Assembly (NCBI GenBank): GCA_043801745.1
Contig: JAZDLR010000022.1
Span: 65,960-129,959 of the forward strand
DNA from: Candidatus Komeilibacteria bacterium
GTDB lineage: Bacteria; Patescibacteriota; Patescibacteriia; UBA1558; 2-01-FULL-52-15
DNA: 64,000 nucleotides
Reading direction: 5' to 3'
In this document: positions 1 through 11,100 of the stretch, piece after piece
Layout: every line of letters begins with the position of its first letter
Position numbering within the stretch: the first letter of the stretch is position 1
Made by a program: the position numbers and the translations under genes
Notes under the pieces: generated by a model
What the model was told of the DNA's origin: nothing
Databases searched by the model: none
Seen by the model: only the letters and a program-made list of their open reading frames with translations

Positions 1-777
1 CAGCAGCCAGAATTGTGGCCAAAACCATAAGAGTAAAAGATACAGGTTTCCCAGCACTGGCCACAGGGGTCCACTCTGTGCCTGCCCATAAGCACAAACC
101 TCACCAATTATCAGTATTACGTCAGTTAAAGCAAACAGCCACAAAAGTACTGTCATCTGTCTTAGCCGGGAATTAAAGGCTAGATAGAGACCAAGAAAAA
201 ATGTCAGCGCCTGCCAAAAGCCGTAATAACTGACGTTGCCGAAAGTACTGGAAGCCCGTGAACCGCCGGCAGTATCAATTAATAGAGGGTGATGTAAATA
301 TTGACTAACAGCTACCAACGCTGTCAGTGAAGAAACAAAAAATATTATTTGAAACACCTTCTGCCATTCAGTCAGATTGCGGAACAGTCGAGAAACTACT
401 AAAGCAAATATTATGTAGGTGGCCCAGGTAAATAGACCATCCATGCGTAAATAGTTGCCCCAGAAACTGGACAAAAGAGTATTGTTCAAAACTGCCGACA
501 GACAATAAACTAAAAATAAGGCCAACAAAACCAACTTAGAACTATTAAACCGTGGCCGGTAGGAACGATTAAGACTAAATAAACTAACGTAAATCAGGCA
601 TAATAAAGTCGTAATAATGCGGAAGATGATATTACGCAGGAATGAAAAGGAAAAAAGAAAATCAGTCGAGAAAGTCAGAAAAAGCAAAAAACACCCGGCG
701 GTTAACCATTGAGCGGAAAAAACTAAAACTTTTTCCCAGGTCAATGTCTGAAACCAGGCAACCAAATAATTACGCAT
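1..777 (-). CDS. O-antigen ligase-like membrane protein (partial, runs off window)
   Basis: ATG at 777 (MRNYLVAWFQ...); hydrophobic helices; FWGNYLRMDG and STFGN motifs parallel those of the neighbouring 833-aa ORF. Confidence 0.7.
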   Translation of the reverse strand, partial: MRNYLVAWFQTLTWEKVLVFSAQWLTAGCFLLFLTFSTDFLFSFSFLRNIIFRIITTLLCLIYVSLFSLNRSYRPRFNSSKLVLLALFLVYCLSAVLNNTLLSSFWGNYLRMDGLFTWATYIIFALVVSRLFRNLTEWQKVFQIIFFVSSLTALVAVSQYLHHPLLIDTAGGSRASSTFGNVSYYGFWQALTFFLGLYLAFNSRLRQMTVLLWLFALTDVILIIGEVCAYGQAQSGPLWPVLGNLYLLLLWFWPQFWLL

Positions 778-792
778 GAGAGATAACTTTTA

Positions 793-3294
793 TTACTGAA
801 CGGCCTTACCAGCTTTTAACTCGTCAACTAAAGCTGAATATTGCGGATCTAAAGTCGCTGCCTGTTGGGCGTATTCCAGAGCCTTTGCCTCATTGTTAAG
901 CGCGTAATAGACGCCCGACAATTCGCCATACAGACCAGCCTCTGACTGATACTTACTAACCCCATCCAACAGCACGGCAATAGCCGCATCATTATAACCA
1001 CCAGCTCTTAGCACTCGGCTAAAAGTCACGTAGTTATCCACCGAAAAATTTACCGGCAAGTCACGTATGACCTTGATTTCTTGCACTGCTTCAGCATCCT
1101 TCTTAGCAGTTATATAAGCTGCCAGCAGGTTTAAATGAGCATCGGGCACTTTGGGTGACAACTCGACGCCTTTTTTAAAAGCCTCGATCGCCTGATCATA
1201 CAGTTTCAGCACAATATAGACACGGCCCAGAGAATAATAAAACGGTGTGCGGGTGGGACTAAGACTAATGCCCTTTTCAATAATTTTCAGATTTTTTTGC
1301 GCGTAGCTAGAATCGATATTGGCAGCCGTCAAATATAAATTCGTTAAAAAGGCGTAATGACGAGCATCATCGGGCTCCAGGGCGATACTTTTTTCCAGCT
1401 GTGCCGCTGCCTGATCAATAATATTGCGGCGAATTTCCAACGGCGCCGTGGCAGACATGGCCACATCATTGGCAAACTCGGAAAAAGATTGCCTCAATTC
1501 TAAGGTACCGAGAAATACGGAATTATCAATAACTTTAATCGTATCCGCTACTCCCTGGTTAAAATCCTGAACGGTCTGCGCCGCCCGCAATTTATTATAA
1601 TTTTTAACGTATTGTTGGTTTTTCTGCAGCTGGGGAATGTTCAGCAAACTGACAGCGGCCAAAACTAAAATTATTATAACGACACCAATAAAGGTCCGAG
1701 CGCCGGAACGCAGATTCTGAATAAACCAGACGCGACTGCCCTGACGATGATCCTCAGCAATCAAAATAACAGCGGCCAAAGTGAGGATCAAAAGAATATA
1801 AGTATTAATACTGTCAAAAACAAAAGCATTCTGAATACCATAAGCGACAAACAAGCCGGTAAAAACCAGAAAGGCCGCCGGTTGCCCGGACTTACGGTAA
1901 TGGCGCCACAAAATCCACAAGGCATAGATAAATATCGCCAAGTAGAGAGCTAAGCCAATGACTCCACCCTGAACCAAATATTCCACGTAGATATTGTGCG
2001 CGCGGTCGTACCAGACGCGGGAATTGGCATGATGGTAAATAGCCGCCGGAAAATATTGATTAAACACCACGTAAAACCGTTCAGCGCCCCAGCCAAAAAT
2101 GGGTTTTTCCGCCGCGCCTTTCAAGCCTGTCTGCCAAGTCAGCAACCGAGCTTCTGACGACGTATCAGTCAAAGAAATACCTACGACGCGGCTTAATGTC
2201 TCGTTATTTTGCACCCAAGCGCTTTGCCGGTTAAAAAATACCAAACCTATAGACAACACTATTACTACCAAAATTATTCCGCCGCTGATCCGCAAAAAAT
2301 TGGGTACTGACTTCATAAATAAAGCCATAACAGCCATCAGGATCAGTCCGGCGACCAAACCAATCAAAGCGCCGCGGGTTTGGGTATTAAAAAGCGCTAT
2401 AGCGTTAAGCAAAATAATACTAAGATAATAGCCGTAAGCTCCATAGTGACGGAATTTTTTAGTCCAGACATTTAGATTCAAAAATAGCTGCGGCAGAATA
2501 AAAGCCCAGAAGATGGCCGCATTGGTAAAAATTAAGGTCAGCGTCCCGGCGTTACCTCGGCCGCGGGCCATTGCTTCAAAAATAACCACCATGACATCCA
2601 ATAAATACCAAGCAATCAACTCCCAACGTAAGCGTTGACCGGCAGGTTGTGCGGGTACTGGGATTTTCCACAGGCCAAATAATTTGAAACTATCGGTCGC
2701 GTGACGATAACGGGCCAGCAAGAAGAAACCAAAAAAGATGTTAAACAGTGTATAGGTGCCGACATAGGCGGCATTACCCAAAGTTGATGACACGCGGTCT
2801 CCGCCCGAGGACTCAATAAATAAATTTAAATTAGAATGTTGGCCCAGAGCGATAAAACTAACTATAAAGGAAACAAAAAAAGTGACGTGAAACAACTGAA
2901 TCCAATTATCTTTGTGGCGATAGAAACCAACTAAAATGATCAAAAATGCCAATAAATGGTAGGCATTAAGCAAACCATCCATACGTTCATAATTGCCCCA
3001 GAAGCCGATCCAAAAATCAAAGTTAAGAATGCTGGCCAGAGTCAACCAGACAAAAAAAACCGCCATCAGGCCAATGATCTTACTCTTACCAACAGAATAT
3101 TTCTTCCAGTCAGTCAGCAATAAAATAAGATATAGGCCAAACAAAATTTCTACAATAATACGAAAGGCAAAATTGCGCGGAGTGATAAAAGGAAAATAAA
3201 AAGAGCTATTGAGATACAGCGGCAGAAAGAAAATTGCTAAAACGCCAACGTGTATTACGCGGCCAATAATAGGCTCCAATCTTTTGATAAACAT
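793..3294 (-). CDS. O-antigen ligase (Wzy_C)/O-oligosaccharyltransferase-like protein with C-terminal TPRs
   Basis: Multi-TM; RVSSTLGN, TQTRGA, KPIFGWG and DRAHN motifs; helical TPR-like tail. Confidence 0.85.
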   Translation of the reverse strand: MFIKRLEPIIGRVIHVGVLAIFFLPLYLNSSFYFPFITPRNFAFRIIVEILFGLYLILLLTDWKKYSVGKSKIIGLMAVFFVWLTLASILNFDFWIGFWGNYERMDGLLNAYHLLAFLIILVGFYRHKDNWIQLFHVTFFVSFIVSFIALGQHSNLNLFIESSGGDRVSSTLGNAAYVGTYTLFNIFFGFFLLARYRHATDSFKLFGLWKIPVPAQPAGQRLRWELIAWYLLDVMVVIFEAMARGRGNAGTLTLIFTNAAIFWAFILPQLFLNLNVWTKKFRHYGAYGYYLSIILLNAIALFNTQTRGALIGLVAGLILMAVMALFMKSVPNFLRISGGIILVVIVLSIGLVFFNRQSAWVQNNETLSRVVGISLTDTSSEARLLTWQTGLKGAAEKPIFGWGAERFYVVFNQYFPAAIYHHANSRVWYDRAHNIYVEYLVQGGVIGLALYLAIFIYALWILWRHYRKSGQPAAFLVFTGLFVAYGIQNAFVFDSINTYILLILTLAAVILIAEDHRQGSRVWFIQNLRSGARTFIGVVIIILVLAAVSLLNIPQLQKNQQYVKNYNKLRAAQTVQDFNQGVADTIKVIDNSVFLGTLELRQSFSEFANDVAMSATAPLEIRRNIIDQAAAQLEKSIALEPDDARHYAFLTNLYLTAANIDSSYAQKNLKIIEKGISLSPTRTPFYYSLGRVYIVLKLYDQAIEAFKKGVELSPKVPDAHLNLLAAYITAKKDAEAVQEIKVIRDLPVNFSVDNYVTFSRVLRAGGYNDAAIAVLLDGVSKYQSEAGLYGELSGVYYALNNEAKALEYAQQAATLDPQYSALVDELKAGKAVQ

Positions 3295-3305
3295 AGATAA
3301 ATAAA

Positions 3306-4064
3306 TTATAAGTTTTCTAACGCCCGCTTACTGACTTCATCATTGGGGTCAAGACGCAACGCCTGCTCATAATACTTGCGGGCTTCGGCAATATTACCGA
3401 CAGATCTATAATAATCGCCGGCTATACGCTGCAACTGCGGACTATCCGGTATCACAGTGGTCGCCTGAGTTAATAAAGCCTGAACTTTGGCCGGGTCTTT
3501 AAAACCATCATGATATAAATCATACATCTCCGTAAAATAGACGTAGAGATTGCCCTTCTCCGCCGTGGCCATAGCCTTCTGATAAAACTCTTCGGCCTTG
3601 GGATAATTCTTCAAATAATACGTGTACAAGTGGCCCAAATTACCATTTAAAATATAACTATTGGGTTCCAACTTATAAGTATAGAGATAAATTTGCTCGG
3701 CTCCGGTATAATCTCCGGCCATCTGTTTGATCAGACCCATTTTTAGTAGCGCGTCAAAAGCTATAAGATTATTCTGATTGGCTAAGAAAAACTTGGTGCT
3801 GGTAGCAAAAGCCGAAGCGTATTTATCTTGAACATCCTGAGGTAAACTTTTATCTTTAATCTCAAAAGTCGTCATCTGTGTTACTTGTTGCCCAGCCTGA
3901 TTTTTCTGTGCTGCAGGTAAGTAAAACCAAAAATAGTAACCAACTCCTAAAGCTATAATCAAAGCTAAAAGAGCACCAAACCAAATCCATTTATATTGAC
4001 TAATCCAAGTAATAATTAGCTTCATAATAGGCATATTGTATATGCTGACGGCATTTTCTGTCAA
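3306..4064 (-). CDS. Membrane-anchored TPR protein
   Basis: N-terminal TM; TPR motifs (AEEFYQKA, ARKYYEQALRLDPND); true start may be further downstream. Confidence 0.8.
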   Translation of the reverse strand: MTENAVSIYNMPIMKLIITWISQYKWIWFGALLALIIALGVGYYFWFYLPAAQKNQAGQQVTQMTTFEIKDKSLPQDVQDKYASAFATSTKFFLANQNNLIAFDALLKMGLIKQMAGDYTGAEQIYLYTYKLEPNSYILNGNLGHLYTYYLKNYPKAEEFYQKAMATAEKGNLYVYFTEMYDLYHDGFKDPAKVQALLTQATTVIPDSPQLQRIAGDYYRSVGNIAEARKYYEQALRLDPNDEVSKRALENL

Positions 4065-4079
4065 TCCGCGTCAAGCCTG

Positions 4080-5801
4080 TCACTTAATATTTATTTTCCT
4101 GACTGCAAAACGCCGGATCCCATCCGGGGTCGCGATTTCCTTTGTATCAATTACCAGATCAACGCTGCCGTCTGGAATATTTAAATCAATTTTAGCAATT
4201 TGCTGCGGGTCAAATAAGGTATTCTGACCCTCAATAAGGTAGATGGTTTGAAAACCCATTGAATGCCAATATTCTATATTACCACCACTCTCCTGCAAAA
4301 AATTCATTGCCGGAATCACTGGCCAGCCCTCATACACAAGGCGTCGGTGCAAATACCACAAAGATGCCAGCTGATCTAAACGTTGGTCATAGACTAATAA
4401 AATCGGTGCTGGCTGCCCCTGGCCGGCTAATGCTTTGCGACGCAGAACTTCCAGCCAGGTATACCGAGTAGGAAAGGTCAGACTGGGCTTTTTTCCGCTC
4501 AATTCCTCATTTAAATAGCTGTCCAGCTGGTTATAACCCCACTGGGCGCTATTAACCCGCAATGACGAGCTGAAAACCGAAGAAGTGACAATAGGCTGAT
4601 TGAACCAAAAAGAATTAATACTCCCAAAGGCCGAAATTAGCATTACCAGCGTCAAAGACAGCCAAAGCCACTTCTTAGTGAGCCAGGGCTCTAAAACTAG
4701 GGCCAGGGCCAAAACCAGCCAGGGTATCAGTATGGCAGTAAAGCGTTCTGTGCCGCCTATAAAGGCCAACGTAACAATTTGCCAGATCAGGGCCAAAACA
4801 ACATAGAGTCCCAAAGTCTCGGCTTTTTTCCGCCACCATATTTCCCTGGCCATAATAGCGATCAGGAGCAAACTGGCCGCTACCATAACTATAGCCAAAA
4901 TTGCACTCTCTCCAGTAAATAGGTTGGCGTTCAAAAGACTTAATTTATCAGCTACTGTTCCCAGATCCTTACCTTTGTGAGTTGACCAGGCATCAGGCTG
5001 CTGACCCAAAAGAAAAGAAAACTGAAAGTCAAAATGTCCGAACTTAATAAGCAGGGCTAAATTATAAATTATGACTGGCGAAAAAAGCGCCAAGGCAACC
5101 AGACCGGCCCTAATCAATTGAAGCCATCTAAATTTAAATTGTCCCACCAGTAACTGATGACTGATAATAATAGGCGCCATGATAAACCCGGTAAATTTAG
5201 TTAACCACAGAAAACCCCAAGCCAATCCCCAACTCTTCAAGCCCAACCCATTTTGTGTCCAGCGCAGATAATAGTAAGTAGTCAACAGGAAAAAGAAAAT
5301 CACCGGCGACTCCTGCAAACCAATACGGGAAATCCAGACGTGATAAGCAGAAACAGCCAAAAGCAAGGAAGCTATAATTGCCACCTGCCTATTTTTTAAA
5401 CTGCCTATCAAATAGACAACTAGCACCGAGCCAATTCCTGCCAAGAATGCCGGCAAACGAATAACCCACGTAGAAACGCCACCCAATTTCAAGCAAATAT
5501 AATTAATCAAAAAAATTAGGGGCGGATGATCATGGAATGACAACCAGCTCCACCAGGGACGGGCATCCAGCCATTGGATCGGACTGGTCTGGGTCAAACC
5601 AACGTCATAATCCAAATAACCTAAACCACGAAAAGCGTAAAACACTTCATCAGTAATAACGTCAGCTGCTCCCAGCTGCCACAAACGTAAAACAGCAGCC
5701 AGAAATATTATCCAGGTCAAGGGATGTTTAACAATACGCTTCAAAGTCGACATAAGCATATTATAGCAACCAAACCCTGTGATTGAATACCTCACCCCCA
5801 C
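4080..5801 (-). CDS. GT-C fold glycosyltransferase (ArnT/PMT, GT39-like)
   Basis: LRL...DE, DHPPL, RLPA motifs and many TM helices; start probably near 5753-5759. Confidence 0.85.
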   Translation of the reverse strand: MGVRYSITGFGCYNMLMSTLKRIVKHPLTWIIFLAAVLRLWQLGAADVITDEVFYAFRGLGYLDYDVGLTQTSPIQWLDARPWWSWLSFHDHPPLIFLINYICLKLGGVSTWVIRLPAFLAGIGSVLVVYLIGSLKNRQVAIIASLLLAVSAYHVWISRIGLQESPVIFFFLLTTYYYLRWTQNGLGLKSWGLAWGFLWLTKFTGFIMAPIIISHQLLVGQFKFRWLQLIRAGLVALALFSPVIIYNLALLIKFGHFDFQFSFLLGQQPDAWSTHKGKDLGTVADKLSLLNANLFTGESAILAIVMVAASLLLIAIMAREIWWRKKAETLGLYVVLALIWQIVTLAFIGGTERFTAILIPWLVLALALVLEPWLTKKWLWLSLTLVMLISAFGSINSFWFNQPIVTSSVFSSSLRVNSAQWGYNQLDSYLNEELSGKKPSLTFPTRYTWLEVLRRKALAGQGQPAPILLVYDQRLDQLASLWYLHRRLVYEGWPVIPAMNFLQESGGNIEYWHSMGFQTIYLIEGQNTLFDPQQIAKIDLNIPDGSVDLVIDTKEIATPDGIRRFAVRKINIK

Positions 5802-5940
5802 CCGACTCGCTGCGCTTCGCAGGCGGGCGGGCCAACCCTCTCCCCCTCGGCCTCGATCGGGGCGGGCTTAGAAAAGGAGAGAGAGGATGCACACATAGAA
5901 TACGTTCCTCTCCTTTACAAGGAGAGGACAGGTGAGGTAT
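5787..5940. repeat. REP-like palindromic element (CCTCTCC...GGAGAGG...GGTGAGG), with extra nested hairpins
   Basis: 5903-5940 is the exact reverse complement of 29734-29771. Confidence 0.8.
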
Positions 5941-5958
5941 TTAATAATAAACGACCAA

Positions 5959-5991
5959 AAAGTCCTCCCCCTGAACCAGAGGGAGGACTTT
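5959..5991 (-). terminator. Intrinsic terminator after the 643-aa surface protein
   Basis: aaagtcctccc/gggaggacttt stem with U-run on the minus strand. Confidence 0.75.
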
Positions 5992-6017
5992 GTCAAATAT
6001 AGGAATCGTTATTAAAT

Positions 6018-7949
6018 TTAAATCTTCACATACCCCAGGATGCGAACCGCCGCCCAATCAGCTGGGGTGGACGGAGTGGTTTTGAAGATAGACTTAAACT
6101 TAGTAATACCACTGGCTTCTTTAGCTAAATCGCGCGTAAAACGAATGCGGTACATAATCGTATTCCAAGCCACATCTTCGGTCGCGTTCTGGAAATTCGG
6201 GTTATGGCCAAAGATACGGACAAAAGTCTTCAGTGCTGCCGGCACTTTGCTCTGTTCCAACTTAAGATTCCTATTTACCGGCTTAGCGCCATCAGCCAAC
6301 CGGGCAACGTCATCCCATTTAATATCAGAAAACTTGGTAGTTTCCAAATAATCCCGCAGTACCGCGCGGCGCTCGCCGGATCCCAGATCCTTAGTAGCAT
6401 CCGAGATGCCATAAGTCACAAAATTGGCAGCATCCGTTGCTTCAGTCGCCGACAAAATGACTCCAAATTGCTTGCCGTCTGACTTAACTAATTTTTCGTT
6501 CTTAGCTACTTCAGTCGGATTGGCAGTCTCGCCCATAACTTGTAGTAGGGTGACCGGATCAGACGGATCATAATAAAGATTTGTTTTCACTGATGTCGGA
6601 TTCGGAATAAATGAATCTGGCGCCCCGATAGGAGTTGTTACCGGCGGTATAACTGGAGGTATTGGAGTGGTTGGTGGTATTACTGGTGGCGTAGAAGATC
6701 CGGAAGAACCAGAACTGCTGCCACCATTACCGGCGCTGCCGGTGGCTGTAGTCATATGGAAGGTTAGGGCTCCTTGGGCATCAGTAGCAGCTGTCCGGTC
6801 AGTATAGTTTAGTGATTGCGTACCATAACCATCCTTGATCACACGGGCATAAGTTGCTGTATTAGCTAAAGGTATGGCGCAATAATAAACTCCCGTGCTC
6901 TCACTGCAAACAGTGGCCAGACTATCACCGGCTTCTACCGTGGCACTTTCTAACGGAGTCGTACCAGTAGCGCCGTCATAAGCAGTAACTTTTAAGGCAT
7001 ATTGTAATGAGGTTACTGTGTCACTTACTTGACTGGAGTCACTAGCAGTCCTGGTAGTACCGGTTACTAAAGAATAATTCGTGGTCACATAACCGTCCAG
7101 AGCAATTTCCGCCACCAGTGTACCGTTACTATTAGCCAGAACAGTCGGACAATACCACGTTGTCGAATTAAGTGTACAAGTAGTCAATCCGGTACTATCC
7201 CCAACTTTCACTGAAGTGACTGAAGCTCTTTTTTCTGTAGCCAAGGCCTCTGTCTTAATACTGGTAAGCTTATAAGCATACTGCACAGATGTAACGGTAC
7301 CGGTATTTTGTGCTGCAGTGGCGTCAGTACGTGTACCACCACCAGTGGCAAAAGCGTAATCAGTCTTAGTTACATAACCATCCAGAGTCACTGATACTGT
7401 TGGTGCGGCATCGCTATTCGCCGCAACCACCGCACAATACCACGCTCCGCTGGACAAGACACAAGTATTTTGCCCTGTACCGTCGCCAACTTTCACTTCA
7501 GTAGCTGTAGCTGTAATGTCCGTTCCTATGGTTTCCGTAGAAATAGCCGTAACTTTATAAGCGTACTGAACTCCGGTGATTGTAATGGTATTAAGCGAGC
7601 CCGATCTCCAGCCACCAGCAACAGCAGTAACAGTCTTAGTCACGTAGCCATCTTTAATTACTTTATAATCCATCTGTTCTTCATCAACATCACAATTAGA
7701 ACCACCAGCCGGGGTAGTCGCGGCCAAAGTACCACCAGCAGCAGTTGTAGCCAGAGCTGTATAATCTCCACCAGCGCACTTAATCTGGATTTGTGCTGTT
7801 CCGACAGCAGCAGAAGCTTCGCTAAGCGTACTCGCCACAGCCACATCACCGTTAGCCGCGCGCGCCACATGAGCCGATACTAAAAAACCGACCACTAATA
7901 ACAGGGTCAGCAGACTATATCTACTCACTTGGATGAGAGTTTTTGTCAT
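6018..7949 (-). CDS. Secreted Thr-rich repeat surface protein with CPR-type C-terminal domain
   Basis: Signal peptide (..VARA); four DGY-containing repeats with Cys pairs; Gly/Ser/Pro linker; helical C-terminal domain. Confidence 0.8.
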   Translation of the reverse strand: MTKTLIQVSRYSLLTLLLVVGFLVSAHVARAANGDVAVASTLSEASAAVGTAQIQIKCAGGDYTALATTAAGGTLAATTPAGGSNCDVDEEQMDYKVIKDGYVTKTVTAVAGGWRSGSLNTITITGVQYAYKVTAISTETIGTDITATATEVKVGDGTGQNTCVLSSGAWYCAVVAANSDAAPTVSVTLDGYVTKTDYAFATGGGTRTDATAAQNTGTVTSVQYAYKLTSIKTEALATEKRASVTSVKVGDSTGLTTCTLNSTTWYCPTVLANSNGTLVAEIALDGYVTTNYSLVTGTTRTASDSSQVSDTVTSLQYALKVTAYDGATGTTPLESATVEAGDSLATVCSESTGVYYCAIPLANTATYARVIKDGYGTQSLNYTDRTAATDAQGALTFHMTTATGSAGNGGSSSGSSGSSTPPVIPPTTPIPPVIPPVTTPIGAPDSFIPNPTSVKTNLYYDPSDPVTLLQVMGETANPTEVAKNEKLVKSDGKQFGVILSATEATDAANFVTYGISDATKDLGSGERRAVLRDYLETTKFSDIKWDDVARLADGAKPVNRNLKLEQSKVPAALKTFVRIFGHNPNFQNATEDVAWNTIMYRIRFTRDLAKEASGITKFKSIFKTTPSTPADWAAVRILGYVKI

Positions 7950-8097
7950 ATTTATAATTTAAGCTGAAATTATATTAAATTTGTTGACTATTTATAAATA
8001 GTCAAAGTTTTCAGCTTGTTGAATTATACCATATTTCAAAGCCCTAAACTAAGGCTGTGGATAACTCGCCCACTGTTACTACATGACAATCAAACAG

Positions 8098-8132
8098 AAA
8101 AATCCCCCTTAGCCGAAGCTTTGGGGGATTTT
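8098..8132 (-). terminator. Intrinsic terminator after the S-layer-like gene
   Basis: aaaatcccc/ggggatttt stem flanked by A and T runs. Confidence 0.75.
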
Positions 8133-8183
8133 TCCTACCCTATTCTAATCTTTACAGACTAGTTTAGGACTACTACTTCATGC

Positions 8184-11100
8184 TTAGTCGCCAACGACTT
8201 GAGCAGTTGAAGAAGTGGTGTCTAAACCTGGGACACGGAAGCCATTGTACCAACCAACGTTGTTAGTAGCAGTGGTTGTGCTGTACAGATCAAAGTTCAG
8301 ATCTGACCAGATAAAGTCACCCAAATCCGTAGTAGTGTAGACGCCCTGGGCATGCTTCTGCGAAGTAGCCGCGTAAGCATGGTCGCCAGCCATTACAACT
8401 GAAATGCTTTCATTGTCAGCTGTACCATCATGACCAGAACTGACCGTACCACGTAGAGTGAAGTAGCGGGTAGTTCCAGCTCCGATGACAATGTGTTCTC
8501 CGACAGTAGGATCACTGTCATCATTCACGTCAAAGTAAGAACGCATAGTTATGGTACCAGCACCCGTATTAGTCACTAGAGAGAAGTCAGCACCTTTGCT
8601 AACCAGATCACCCAGTGAACTAGACGAACTTGATTCATACAGGTAGTAACCCGTAGTGCTCAAGTAGACAGTCGTGGTGCTAACACCGAAGGTAAACCGA
8701 TAGAGACCAACTGGACCAGCGCTATCGGCAGCCACAGAGAACTTATACAAGTTAATTGTGTCATTGCCAGTGATAGTTCCGGAACCAGCAAAGTCAATCT
8801 TGGTAACAGTCGGCAAACTCTTGAAGATAGCTACGTCATTAAACGTAGTACCTATACCAGAAACAGTTAACGCCGAGGAACCAGCTGAAGTGCCGTTAGC
8901 GTCAATGTTAGTCAAGCTAACTTTGACACCTTCGCCAGAAGCCGCAGCCGACGGGCTACCAACTCCGGTAAAGGTGGCTTTCACCACATAGGTCTTTTCT
9001 TCGTTAACAGCCTGCTTCATGTTAGTCGGGGTAATAGTAGCATTAGCGCTGCTAAGTGATACTTCGCCCAACTTCGTGGAGCCATCCCACAGCGACAAGC
9101 TGGAGATATCCTCGTAATTACCGGCAATACCACCAGACGGACTGGCTAAGGTAAAGCCTAAGTAATTATAGGTAACACCTTCGTACTTCGGCTGAATCGT
9201 GACACGGCCGATTTCTACCGTACTACCAGCAATATAGTTGGAAGCTTTCGGATCGCTGGCAATAGACACGTTCAAGGTACCGCCAGTGGTAAGCTGCATA
9301 GCCTGACCATTAGCGTTCGTCACAGTCGGAGTGATAGCTTGCGCTTCACTGTCAACAGCAGCGATAGAACCAACAACCGAAGCACTGGTATTGTTCAAGG
9401 CCACCAAGAATGTACCAGAGGTAGCACCCGTACCAATATCGGCTTTCAACGTAACAACCTTGGAGGTTCCCTTAGGAATAATCAAGGCATTATCATTCAA
9501 AGTCAGAGTAGTGGTAGCGTTTGTTGCGGCAGTGCTACAGGTAGCACCACTGCAAGTAGTACTATCAGAATTGATACCAATCTCAGTTGCGCCAGACCAC
9601 AGGGTGAAGCCAGACAGAATGTTCGGATAAGCAGCACCAGTAGTCTTATAGGTCGGGGAAATAGAAGTAACTTCAATATCCGTACCGGAATTAACGGCAC
9701 TTAAGACATATTGAGCCACTGTGAAATCCTGCGAACCAGCTACGACAGTTTGAGCAGCCGGAGTGGTGTCAGTAGTGACAGCCAAGCTGGCGGCCTTAAC
9801 AGTCATAGTTGAAGACTGAACATTGGTAGCTGCCGGTAACACAGAAATAGTATTACCGGTTGTTTCACCTTTATTAACAATGGCACCGGCTTCTACACCG
9901 ACCTTAATGGTGTCACTAGCTGTAAAGTCAGAGCTTAAGTCAGCTTTGACAGTATAGGTACTTTCACCAACCGGAACAGAAATAGTATCAGTCGTAGTAG
10001 CGGTATTCTTCATACCAGCACCAGTGTAGGTAATAGCCGTAAAGTCTTTCGGACCAGCCACAACAGCGCCAGAAGGACCATAGACAGTTACATTAGTAAT
10101 GTCAGTAAAGTCCGCGCTGGCAGAAGTAGTTGTCAGGACGAAATTCCAACCAATGCTGGTAATATTCATCGGTTCACCCTTAGCAACAAACTTGAAGGAA
10201 CCCAAGGCTACTTGAGTCAAACCTTCAGAAATATTGGTTGGGCTGATAGCTAGTGATTCTACGCGCAATGTACCATTACCAACCGTGGTCTGGGCAGCAT
10301 TGAAGTAGGGGCTAGAACTTACTCCGGTAAAGGTTGGCAAGATGTTGGTATTGTAACTATTACCGGAAACCACTAAGTCACCCTGCATGTCAATATCCAT
10401 AGATATATCGCGACCAGAACCGCTGTCAATATCTAAACGTACATCAAAGGTAACGTTTTTACCTTTACCCAAGGTGTAGTTGATATTGCTGAAGGTAACT
10501 TTCTTTGTCGCGACTGTAGCCATAGTAGCTATAGTAGCGTTGGTATTGGCATTAACCAGCTTAAGATTCTTGATATCAGAAGCTGAAGTAGAGCCATTAT
10601 TGGTCAACGTCACGCTCTTGATAGTCAAATCTTCTTGACCACCAGCCGTAACCTTAAAGGAAGATACGATGTAATTGGTCGTACCAACTTCCTTGGTAGC
10701 AGCTGAAGGATTCTGACCACCGGCAACCACAGTAGCAGTACCTATAAGGATCGTGCCATTGAGATTCTGATAGTTACCACTAATTGGTAATGAACCAGTT
10801 AAGGTAGCGCCACCTTTTAAGGTAACTGACTGAAGAGCCAATACTGGCACTTCACCGGCGTAACTGGCTAAGCCAGAAGCAGAAGACGTATTGGCTGCCA
10901 TATTACCGGCAATAATAACACCTAAGGTGCTATTAGCCGGAATGGTCCAATCATCATTGAAAGTAGCAGTATGCTCTGAACCCAGAGACTTACTGTAATC
11001 ATTCAAAGGCTGACTATCAGAGGCTCGGAGTAAATCCAAGTCAGTGAAAGCGCCATCAGAAGCTATGCCAAGCCGTTTCACTACCGCTTGATCAACTGTC

